Shown piece by piece: positions 40,500 to 53,886 of a DNA stretch of 64,000 bases. Source of the DNA: Takakia lepidozioides (lineage: Eukaryota > Plantae > Bryophyta). Position 1 is the first letter of the stretch; each line of letters opens with the position of its first letter. The stretch spans positions 17,918,001 through 17,982,000 of the forward strand of contig CM060731.1 of assembly GCA_030704615.1 (NCBI GenBank). The letters run 5' to 3'. Under the pieces are notes generated by a model. The model searched no databases. It saw only the letters and a program-made list of their open reading frames with translations, and was not told where the DNA came from. The position numbers were made by a program, and so were the translations under genes.

Positions 40500-41798
40500 C
40501 CAAGGAGTGGTATGTCCATTTTTTGATACCACTGGTCCAACCCCTTTTTTCATACCAGGCTGGTATAGGTATCTATACAGGTATGAGCAACTTGGGTATG
40601 AATCTGGTATGAGTAGTTAATTGTATTTTGAGCTGTATATGAGTATGTACTTTTTTTTTTTTTTTAATTTCTTAGAGAGGGAAACACCTGGGAGCGACAG
40701 CTCACAAATCAGGCCCCAGTATGTACTAGACTCTAGTATTGTCTTTTTTCCACTGATATTGGGGGTTTTGTATAGGGTAATGCCCTGAGTGGAAGGCATT
40801 CCGGATTTAAGGGCCTGACGCCGAGGGCGGTAGCCCCAGGGGAAGGCCCGCAAATCCGGGAATGCCTGATACTAGGGGCATTACCGTGTGTAAAGAACTG
40901 CCACAAATTATTATTTTTTAAATTAATGTCCGGTGCATTCTGCATTTCGGAATGCACTCGAGGAAGCAGATGGGGTGCATTCCGAAATGCAGAATGCACC
41001 GCGATGAATTCTGTTTTTTAACGGCACGATACATACAAAGAAAATTTTGTGGCAGTGCTTTATGCTGGCAGATTCGGCACAAATTAATTTTATTTTGGGT
41101 TGTTGAAATTTTTGAATTAACTCAAGTGATATATGTCTAAAAATCCAGAAATACTACATACTCAGCTTGTCCAGAAATAAGAAAATTTGAAAAATCTCAA
41201 AAAATCTCTTAAAGGACAGAATACATACTTGTGCTATATACTACATCACAGGTGGCGAAAAATTTCAATCCTAAACAGCCGAATCCTGGAGTATAAAATA
41301 TGAGGTGCCAAATGGACTGAGCCTCCAAAAAATCATTTTTTCGGCACTGTCGAATCTGACAGCAACGTACGGTATATGGAGCATTGGTATGGTATTTCTA
41401 CTGCTAACCATACATAGAAATAAATGTCATTAAGCACAAGCCGGTTGAAAAGCGCTCTAAACTAGGAAACACTTGGCAAAGGCAGCCCAAAATCTTAGCA
41501 TGAAACAGCAACTGAAGTCTGACTTGCAGCAGGGAGCCTTGAATTAACAAAATGCTAGTACAGATTACACTAGCATATACTCATACCTGCCTCCATCTGC
41601 CATGAACTCTCCAGGGTACTCGTATTATACTTAGACTGGTATGGTATGTGTGGGGATAAACCCTAAAGACATATTCCCCCGTACGTGTATCACCTGGGTA
41701 CATTGGTTCATTCATAGCCGACTGGTATGTTCTTCAATACTCATACTCATATCTGAATTCCATACCTAGGTTCAACCAGGTATACCAGTCCAACACCG
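40500..41798. mobile_element. hAT-related remnant; one terminal inverted repeat found, left end not found
   Basis: ATACCAGTCCAACACCG at 41782-41798 resembles the TIRs of the other hAT elements; many CTGGTAT/ATACCAG subterminal motifs. Confidence 0.5.
40776..41062. repeat. Two adjacent nested-hairpin structures
   Basis: ggtaatgccc 40776-40785 / gggcattacc 40876-40885 enclosing aggcattcc-ggattt stems; perfect 27-bp IR at 40931-40957 / 40975-41001 inside outer arms ~40891-40909 / ~41043-41062. Confidence 0.8.
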
Positions 41799-41821
41799 AT
41801 TTGGACGTTTTGAGTTTCGAC

Positions 41822-42805
41822 CAGTGTTGGACTGGTATCAGTATATGAAGCATGGGTTTGTTTTGTTTTGTTTGTTTTGTTTTGTCACGATGAGATGTCC
41901 CAAACCGCGGGCCCAGCCTTGGTGCTTGGTATAGTTGGAAAGCCCTCAACGAGGAGGGGTGCACGGGCTTGGTCTCATGATTTTTGGACCTGCGGTGTGG
42001 GAGATGTCGAATTTCAAGTACTTTTGGTCGCAGGAAATTCGTGAAAAATAGGAAAGTGGACTTTCCTGGCACAATGATCGAGCCTCAACAGGAGAGAGAT
42101 CAAGAGAAAGGTCTCCGGTTCAAATTTGGTCGTAGATTCCGTGGAAGAAAAATGATTAGACCTGGATGACTTAGATGACATTGGACACTTGGGCCAACGG
42201 CACATGCTACCGTGGAGGTAATACTTGGGCTTAGACACATGAGACGACTCACTTGAATGCATAGGAGATTGCACTTGGGCTTACATGACCTTGGACACTT
42301 GGGCCAACGGCACAGGCTACCCTAGTATAGTTGAAGGATTGGTATATGTAGTAGTATATGCACTGGTATTAGATACCAGACCAGTCTGGTATCATTTGGG
42401 AAAATATTTGGTCGTATACCAGACCAGGCTGGTATCAGTTTTTTCAAACCAGCCACATTACGAATACTCTCCCGCTATCTTCCTCATTTACTCTGGTAAG
42501 TGTACTCTACTAGTTTATGTGTACATATGTTGTACTTATGTATATTTTACGTCTTTATGTGTATTGTATTTGTTTCCGCTTGATACTTGCTATTTGATAA
42601 AATTGTAATTCAAGATGGCTTTGGAATAATACCAGAGTTGATATCTCATTACCAGCTGGTATTGTGCTCATGATACTCATACTTACACCAATATCTGGAA
42701 AGAAATATATCCACCATTTTGTAGACCAGACTGATATGAAAGTTTTGTGATACGTCTAGTACCAGGACCAGTCTGGTATGTCCTAAACCTGATACCAGAA
42801 CACTG
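41822..42805. mobile_element. Non-autonomous hAT element (984 bp)
   Basis: Ends CAGTGTTGGACTGGTATC…GATACCAGAACACTG; perfect 8-bp TSD GTTTCGAC at 41814-41821 and 42806-42813; internal ~37-bp direct repeat (~42176, ~42285). Confidence 0.9.
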
Positions 42806-44463
42806 GTTTCGACATCCCTTGGCCTCTAAACTTCAAATGCCACCATGCCCAAAACCTAATTTTTGTTTTTCTGGCATTGCCCTTGAGAAGAGAGCTTTAG
42901 CGGCACAAACAATAATAAATATAACCTTGGACATTTGACAACTGAACCACAAGGGACAATTGTAGACAAGGGGAACCCTACTTAGTAAGGTTTTTTCTTA
43001 AAACAAATTCTTGAGGTTCCATGAACTTGGGTAGGGAAGAAAAATGGGAAGCAAATAATAAAAGAAGAACAATCACTGTGTCAAGCCGGTTGCGTGTCCC
43101 AGCCTCCCGCCTGAAGCACATCAGAGAAGGGCAATGGATGAGAGAGAGACGGAAGGCAAGATGAAGTCATGCCAGCTAACTCTGCCCTAGGCAAAATAGA
43201 AATGGCTTGTAGGCTACAAACAAACAAAGAAAGAAAGAAAGAAAGAGGAAACCAGAGGAAGTGTGAATTATTGTGCCATTTCATCACAAAGCCAGTAGTT
43301 CATCACAAGGACTTACTGCCTGTCGTTAGAAGGTGGACACTTTGAACTAGCGTTTTTTTTGGCACGAAATTTCGTCACTTTTCAATCCAGAAATTGGCCT
43401 CACGAAATTTACAAAGGAATTATGGGTTAAAATATGGCACTGTTTCGCATTACTGCCCTCCCTAATGCCATCATGTCGCTGCAATGAGGACATCGCCTAT
43501 ACAACTGTCGCACACAGAAAGAGCCACATGCCATTTGGGTTCGTTAGATCCAAATGATCTTGCCTATCGATTTCTAGAAACCTACCACCCTGCCGGCACA
43601 AGGAGCAAAGTCTTTCCGCTTTCGCCAAGGGGTCAAGCTATGGAGGGAACTCTCATTTAGGTTTCACTTACCCACCTAGTATCCGTGTCATGCACCTCCA
43701 TTTAAGCAGACTTGCACTGCCTCTTGCAGCGGCACTTGAGGCTTTGAGCATAGTTGCTGATCTTGGACAAGATTAGTCATATTTGTCAATGGATTGTATC
43801 CATGTGACAAAGTTGTGCTAGGTTTTGCAATATGAGTGTCGTTGTTACATAGAAAAAATTACCTCCCTTGTCGCTCCCACAAACCGAACACTACATGAGT
43901 TGAGTTTGCATAAAACTCATCAAACATTCTTGACAATAGCCACAGGTTCGAGATCACATGCCACAGAGTTGCCAATTGATATTTCTCATAGGCCAGCTAG
44001 GAGCCAACGTGGCTCAAGTTCTTAAATGAAAAAAAAAAACACTGCTTTGAACCCTAGATCACGAAAGTTATGCAAAGGCAATGCACAAACACCCAACCAT
44101 TGGCTACCTGGTCAGTGCCTTGAAGAGCAAGTCTACCAAGGGCAGAAGAGAAGCTGCTGCCCCTTTCCTAAAGATAAGGGGCCATCAATTTTATACCATG
44201 TAAGTTCCGAAACCAAGTCGGGGTCAAGTAGGATTAAATTGTTTTGACCCCTTGACCAAGTTGAGCCAAGACTCAAAACCGACCAATGGAATCCCCTGGA
44301 TTGGTCATTGGCCCCTAATGTAAAGCGGCCCTAGAAATACATTCGTGCGGAGGTCCGAAGGTATGTCTGGCCACAATAAAGAATTGTGAAATGAAAGAAA
44401 GGGCCAAGAACCTTAGGATGGGTGTCCATACCTGTTCCTACCGTTAGGGGATCATCAGACCCA

Positions 44464-44716
44464 AAACCGGAAATGCGCATTTGACAACTTCAAACCGGAC
44501 TTAATGTTTTAGACTGTGATGTGTAACTTTTGTACAAGTGACACACTGGATAATACGATACGTACCCCAGTCGTTCAAAAATAAAATCAACCAAAGCGCA
44601 GTCGACGTGTGAGACGTACACATACCAACAAACCGGAAATGCGCATTTGACAACTTCAACTGGACATATTGTTTTTAGACAGTGATGTGTAACTTTCGTA
44701 CAAGTGACAGATCGGT
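44464..44716. repeat. ~85-bp imperfect direct repeat, 166-bp spacing
   Basis: aaaccggaaatgcgcatttgacaacttcaa…gtgatgtgtaacttt.gtacaagtgaca starting at 44464 and 44630. Confidence 0.85.
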
Positions 44717-45438
44717 TTTGAGGTCTCATTGTTAGGGATAGAATGCGAGACGAACACATAATAATAATAGTTGGGTAGTCTTGCTTGTTGCGGAATGAGC
44801 ATAGAAAAGGCTGGATGTGCCCACCGGATAAGTTATGGCTTTCTTGTCATACAAGTTGTTGCTCTACAACTTCCCTTTCTTTTCTTTTTCCTTTGGGAGA
44901 AATTGGGAGAGAGGCTGAGAAAGAAAGAAAGGAAGAAAAAGGAGGGGAAAAAAAAGAAAAAAGAAAGAAGACTGTTGACCTGGAGAGCCGGTGGGGAGGA
45001 GGGTGAGAAGGAAGAGGGTGACCGGAAGGGCAGGTGAAGGAATGCTTGCATAAGTTTGCAGGAGGGCAAAGTGGAAGCCCTTCACTCTACAAAGCAACCC
45101 ACCACCATCTCTCTCTCACTCCCTCACTCACTCTTTCTCCCTCTCCCTCTCCCTATCTATCTCTCTCTCCTCTCTCTCCCCCCTTTTCATTCCTCCCTCT
45201 TGCTATCGGGGTTGCCCACTTGGTTGGGTTTGTGTGGGTTTTCTCAATTGGGGTTGTGTTGCTACTGGATGGAGATGCTGTAGTGGGCTTGCGTAAGCGT
45301 CTCAGCCAGGCAATGGCAAGAACGTAATTTCAAAGAAAGTGCCTGGCTGAGACTGCTCTGGGTGGTAGAGATTGGAAGCAGAGCGGGGCAATTCGGTCGA
45401 TCAGAGCGGAGGGGGAAGGGGAGACTAGAGGGTGAAGG

Positions 45439-48003
<2,565 letters not shown>

Positions 48004-49205
48004 TGGGTCTTCCACTGTTTGTGATGGATGGCAACTTTGGCAACTCCTTCCTTCACCTAATAAGAGGGTTTAGAGAAGGAGAATTTTAGTTGAAGCATCC
48101 ACAGATGGTTGGCCACAGTTCATGTCAGTCTGACAGCATATTGAGCCTGCAATTGATGGATTGTTCAAAACCCTGGAGACCTCACATGCTGGTGTAGGCA
48201 AGATGATTTGACGCTCTTCGTGTAGAGACAAGAGCTTGCCCTTTGAAGCACCTGCAGTATGATGTTGCTTGCCATTCTTAAACAGTTATTGAGGCCATTG
48301 CCTCAATTCTGATTTGTATTGTCATCAATAATTTAGATGTTAATGGCCTCATGCTAGCACATTTTGTCCAGGAGTGTCAACATCACCCACTTGAGTAAGG
48401 CCTTTCAGTGCCCTTGATGATCCTCCTGATCTCTTAAGGGTTTGGAGTTGTTGGATGCACTTGTGAAATTTCGAAGCTTTGTTTTCCTACAAGTGTTCAC
48501 TTAAACAGTTATATGAAAGTCCATTGTGTGGGACAGGACCTCATTTGTGTCAGAGTGCAGCATAACATCTAGTGCTTGAGTATAAATATTGGGTTGACCG
48601 CCGGCCAAGCCCAAAAATTGAACATGGAAGAAAACATGGGAGAAAGTCTGACTTAGTCTGACTTCCAGGAGCCTGTCGGTGCATACGCAGGCTGACGAGT
48701 CTGCCTATAGAGAATTTGGAGAATCTTGTGAAGCATCCAGAAGCCCGAGTCAGCCTGGCTCCAGAGAAGTGGAAGAAGCTTGTGAGGCATGAAGCAGCCA
48801 GCCAGAGTCATTGTGAAGTTTACAAAATTCTCCCTGCTTCATATACGTTTCAGTTTGACTGAAAAGGATGGAGTGCACGAGTATTCAAGCTGATACAAGA
48901 ACTCTCCAAGCACAGTCATGAAGATTCCCAAGAATTGTGAGCCTTGTTGATCTCCTATCGGTGCACTGTTGATGACTAGCAGCCTTTTGTGGTCTGGCTT
49001 TATCAGTCACACACCAAGAGAAGAGATTATCCTTCATTATCCTCACTACTCCCAGTATATCTGTTGGTTCACAATTCACACCTCATTCACTGGTATAAAC
49101 AATAATCCAGGTACCTGAAATGGTTATTGTGGGGCATCACAATGATATGCTGACAAACAGACATACTACCCTGTACTGTAAGCACAAAATATTGGAAGTA
49201 TTCAG

Positions 49206-49415
49206 TCTATTGATGTACAAGGTGGTGTAGATCATGCTAGAAAATGTGGATGTCTGCACTGGTGCGTTAGCACCTAAATTGGCACGGACGTATTATACAA
49301 GGAACCGTTTATGGAGCTTGCTATGTGTTACATCCGTGCCAATTTAGGTGCCAACAAAGCAGTGCAGACATCCACATTTTCTAGCATGATCTACACCACC
49401 CTGTACATCAATAGA
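49206..49415. repeat. 210-bp foldback with ~87-bp near-perfect arms (MITE-like or hairpin RNA)
   Basis: tctattgatgtacaaggtggtgtagatcatgctagaaaatgtggatgtctgcactg… is mirrored by …cagtgcagacatccacattttctagcatgatctacaccaccctgtacatcaataga. Confidence 0.9.
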
Positions 49416-49908
49416 ACAAGTTCATACTAGTGTTGGACCGGTATAAACATTTCATACCAGCCAGGGTCTGGTATTGTTGGTGAAGAGGCCTTCTTCATAC
49501 CTGGCAGGTAAAGGTATCAAAGTAGATATTAAACTTTTAATGTACCAGTCTGGTATCTACAATGTTTTTGTTTGGCTTGGTATGGTATGCATCAGTATTG
49601 CAAATTTCAAATCTCATATTGGGGGTATCAATACTGGTATCAATACTTTTATTAAGTGCACCACTTCAGCCGCGGAGTGCTCTTATTTATAATAACAAGG
49701 GAAAAATGGTAAGGAAAAAATAAAAAATAACCTTACAAGAGCCATACAGGCTGATAAATGAGACACTTCTCCAAGCCTAAGCAGATTTTTGAATGGCAAA
49801 ATCAGAGCACTCTACTCTTCTTCTTCAAACAAGCCAACCTCCCCCAGCTCATCTTCACACTCCTCTATCAGCTCAGCTTCTGCAGAATAATATTCTGAAA
49901 CTGAATGC

Positions 49909-52549
49909 TTAGCTAGTGGGCACCCTATCATCACTTGGCCAATTCTGGTAAATCATAATTAGAGCATCCAAATTTCTGACCCCTAATCTGCAGCGACGTA
50001 AACTAGTGAGGACTCCTGCCATTGAAAAAAGATGTTCAGTCTCGATCTGGCTGCAAGGGATGGCTAAAATCTGCTTGGCCAAGAATGACACATTAGGGAA
50101 CCTTGAAGCACTTTCCACCATTGCAAAGGAGAAGCTGCTTCCTCCTCCTTCACAACAAGACATCGAAAAAGGGACAACTCGGACCTCAGCAAACATGTGT
50201 CTCTTGCGCTAGGCCTGCCAGGTGGATATAAACTGTTCTCTTCTTCTTTTTCGGGTAGGTTCTCCATGGTCACATCCAATACTTTTAACTTCTCTATTTC
50301 TTCTGCCTGAAATGCCCCGACGGGATGCAATTCTGACATGCAGCATACAATGTGGCTTCCTGTTCATCACTTAGACTTTCAATCCAATCATACTCCACAA
50401 TTTCCCTTGGTCTTCTGGATTCTGCCAATAGTCCTGCTTTCTTGGTGTTTACCTGTATTTTCTCCTTCCCGTGGTGTATGGTTAACAGGTGACTCCACCA
50501 GTCATGGAATACCTTAGCTTGTTTAAGCCAAGGTCTGAAGCATTGTACATTCATCCTCTGTACTCTTTAATCCACCCCACAAACCTACCACACTCATGTC
50601 ATATACGTTGTGCATTCGTCTAAAGTTTTAGTCATGCATCTTCCTGTCATGCTTTCTTGCATTTGCTATTTCTTTTCAAGCTGATAAGGCTTACGACATG
50701 GTTGCCCTTATGCTTGATCAACGCTTCAAGGGATTACAGTGTGTGACTAAGTTCATTGGAAGGGACAGAGCCAAAATTGTTGTTCAGGAGTATGACAATA
50801 AGGCTGTAATTCCTTTGCTTGTGAGTAAATTTTTGAATCCAGGTGTACCAGGAGCAGACATTATGACCAGTCAGTTACAGAAAAGATTGGGCCTTAGACA
50901 CATGGAACCAGCACCCTTCACAGTAAGAATGGCTGACCAGAGATGTGTACAGCCACTAGGTCTGATAAGAGGAGTTAAGATCCAAATAATTCACAGCCTC
51001 CTGAGCCATTTTGCAATACAGGATCTCAAGTTCTGAATCTGAGTCTCCATAGTGCAATTCTGGGACAGCCCCTGCACGTCGGTTGGCCTCACCTGCTAAC
51101 TTAAGGGAGATCATAATAGCTGCATGCAAAGCATCGGACAACAACCAGTACCCACAGGTCTGGTTTAGAACACACTGAGTTACAAGGGGATGTTAGGCTA
51201 GAAGGCACCCGAGCCTGTAGCAAGAAACTCTGCCTGCCGTAGCAAATGTTAATTGCATTTGCGTAAGCCAATGTTTCTTGAAATAGCACAACTTTGTTGG
51301 CAAACCTTGTTTTTACTGGCATCTTGAGCTTTCTGGTAGGCAGGCCTGTCAATGCAATCGCGATCCCATTCCTGACGGCCCTTCCCGGACTTCTTAGTCC
51401 ATGTGATGGTTTTTCTGGAGTGCAGACTGAGCATTCTTCAAGGACACTTCTTTCATACCCGCACAAACCTTGGTATCATTAGTAGCATACTGACAAGCTT
51501 TTGAGAGAGCATGACCAAAACAGTACCCAGCAAAAGGTTTTTGCAGCTGTAATGGGGCACAGGTGACCACGGTAGAGTAACAAGGTTTGACCCCTCATCC
51601 TTGACGTAGGCTAGTATTTGTCTGTGAGTTTGTCTTGAGCAAGCAGGGGTTTAACAAGACCAGCCAAAGCAGACCCGGCAGTGTCTGGTGCCTCGAACAA
51701 GCCCACAGTAACATGTTGCGGCTGCCACTGATCATCAATAAAGTTAACTACAAGGGCAAAGGTATCCATTCCTGCCCTTGACATCCACACAAGTCAAATG
51801 TCACGCTAGCAGTGGCATAGGTAGCAAGAGCAGGCAAAACATATAGCTCCATGGTCTGAGCTAGCATATGAGGGATGTGCTCTTTCACTAGGGCTTTTCT
51901 GGTGGGAAATCTAATCTTGGGATCCCTGCGCATAACCAATCTCCGCAACCAAGGGGATTCTACAACACATAAAGACTCATAGCCCTTTGCAATGAAAATA
52001 ACCAAGTCCTCTATGAATTTTAGTTGAGGAGGGTCTTGTTATTGATAACCAGTACCTTCTCCTCCAAAATACTCAGTTATGGCAGAAGGATGAACCCCTT
52101 TGCGTTTTTTGGACTTTTGTCTTGCATCAGCTTAAGATGTAGACTCAACAATGAATCGCTCGAAATCAGCGGGGTGCTCGTTATGAAGATGTTTCTTCAT
52201 ACTGGTGGAACCATGCGCTGGATTATATTGCACGATGCCCTTGCGGGAGCGGGTAGTGCTGCCAGTGCTGCGTTGGGACTCACTGGATGTCCGAGCCTGT
52301 GGAGCCCACACACTGCTGCTGCGATGATAAGGAACCCAAAATCTTGCATTCTCTTGCAAACCCAGCATACTTCACCCGCCACAAGGCACCCTCCTCAGCA
52401 GTCTAAATGTCAGCCACTGTCTCAGTAGGCCCCTCCACATCAGATCCTATGCATGGTGTCTCTAGGATGTCGTCACTTGTGACTACAGTATCTCCACCTT
52501 CATCCGCCAGACATTCCAGCTCAAACTCACTGAACGAGTACCCTTCCAT
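49909..52549 (-). pseudogene. hAT transposase pseudogene (BED finger, catalytic core, dimerisation domain)
   Basis: GSTSMKKHLHNEH; VIFIAKGYESLCVVESPWLRRLV; TFDL; KMPVKTRFANKV; LDQRFK (in inverted segment); PLQWWK; FPNVSFLAKQILAIPCSQIETEHLFSMAG. Multiple frameshifts. Confidence 0.88.
50300..50990. mobile_element. Ty3/gypsy-like protease-region fragment nested in the hAT, split by an inversion
   Basis: Plus strand ~50845-50990 IMTSQLQKRLGLRHMEPAPFTVRMADQRCVQPLGLIRGVKIQI; minus strand ~50540-50340 RPWLKQAKVFHDW…LTIHHGKEKIQVNT. Both resemble retrotransposon aspartic-protease regions. Confidence 0.65.
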
Positions 52550-53483
52550 GGTAGTTACAAAGTAGAATCCAGTAGCATACAAGCAGATAAGAAAAACCAG
52601 ATGAGAAAACCCCAAGCCCAACTACAAAACTGAAAATCCTAACCCCTATCCTCCCAGATTTGTGTTCAGTAAAATCCACTGTAGATCACACTGGCAAGAA
52701 GGAATGCTGTCAATGTGAACCATAGCTGCATGGACACCAGCCACCATGCAACCAGCAAGAAAACTACAGAACAACGCATCCTCATAAGTCTACGATGATT
52801 TCAGGAGACAATTTTGGGAGGCAGTTCATGTGCTCAGAGTTCACTAATGCATCCTATACCCTACATGAGTAAAGTAAACAACAATGAAAGGCAAGCATAA
52901 GGGAAAGAGAGGCGTACCCTAAAGCATCTCATCAATATCAGCAACTTCCTCAATATTGACAGCCCCCAAAATCGCCATTCAGATCGCCTCAATCAAAGAG
53001 CCGCAACTCTCCATTGCTGCACCCTAAATCCCTAACGCTCCACATATTGATACCTAGGGTGCAAGCGACGGCGGAAGACAGGCTACTGGTATCGACAAAG
53101 CTGCGTTCCTTGTAATACCAGGCTGGTCTGGTAGGAGCCCAGGTATTAGTTTTATTTTCTTGGCCCCAATATGTTCTGCCCAGGGTATTGCCAGTTTCTT
53201 ATACCCGCCTGGTCTGGTACCCTGCTACAATACCCTTACCTGTGCTGATACCCCGCCTCGCCCCCATATACCGGTCCAACACTGGTTCATACCTGTAACC
53301 AAAATGCAGCTCCTGGCTGTCTCCACACGAGCTAGACTGCAGACCCGGCCCTTGGGCACTTGTTATGGCTGTGGAGGAAATGCCCTCGACAGTAAGTAAA
53401 CAGACAACATCCAAGGGACGGTGAACAACCAAGCGGCTGCATAGTTCTAGTGACATGAAGCAAGACTTCTAAGAAATGAACTT

Positions 53484-53886
53484 TTACCAGTATTCCCCAC
53501 AAGAACAAACCCCATTTTGGAAGTGGTGAAAGTGGTCTGTATCCAGTACAGATTCTTGATTACACGTAAAGGCATCCCGGACTCTGCTGATTAACCCAAA
53601 AGCAATGGACAGCTTCTCGCTGTGGTGGCAAAGAGAGAATTCCTTTTGATCCTCCATATCTTTCAATACAAAGTGCGTGTTATGCACATACCTTGCCTCC
53701 TTCATCTTCCCAGACAATCTTCTCAGCTCAGCATGGATTTCCTCAACTTGTAGATGCAATTTGCCATCTACCACCAACGGAGGTACCCCCAAGCAGCAGC
53801 GACCTGGCTCCTTCTGACAAGTCTGACTGTCTTCCATTTTCTCACCATTGCAACAACGTGGAAGTGGCAGCATCCTGTCTATCGGA
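53484..53886 (-). pseudogene. Disconnected E+/DYW remnant of PPR gene 2 with the CxxC zinc ligands deleted
   Basis: After the TAG at 53887: EEIHAELRRLSGKMKEARYVHNTHFVL…LCHHSEKLSIAFGLIS, GMPLRVIKNL (shifted frame), then directly DTDHFHHFQNGVCSCGEYW*. Confidence 0.88.

Larger units (their letters stand above)
49428..53284 (-). mobile_element. Full-length but decayed hAT DNA transposon (3.86 kb)
   Basis: TIRs TAGTGTTGGACCGGTAT / ATACCGGTCCAACACTG; perfect 8-bp TSD GTTCATAC at 49420-49427 and 53285-53292; transposase remnants inside. Confidence 0.93.

Noticed and set aside
44771-45327. Lys/Glu-rich and Leu/Ser-rich ORFs upstream of the AMMECR1-like gene
   Set aside because: Translations of low-complexity purine and CT tracts typical of promoter/5' UTR sequence.
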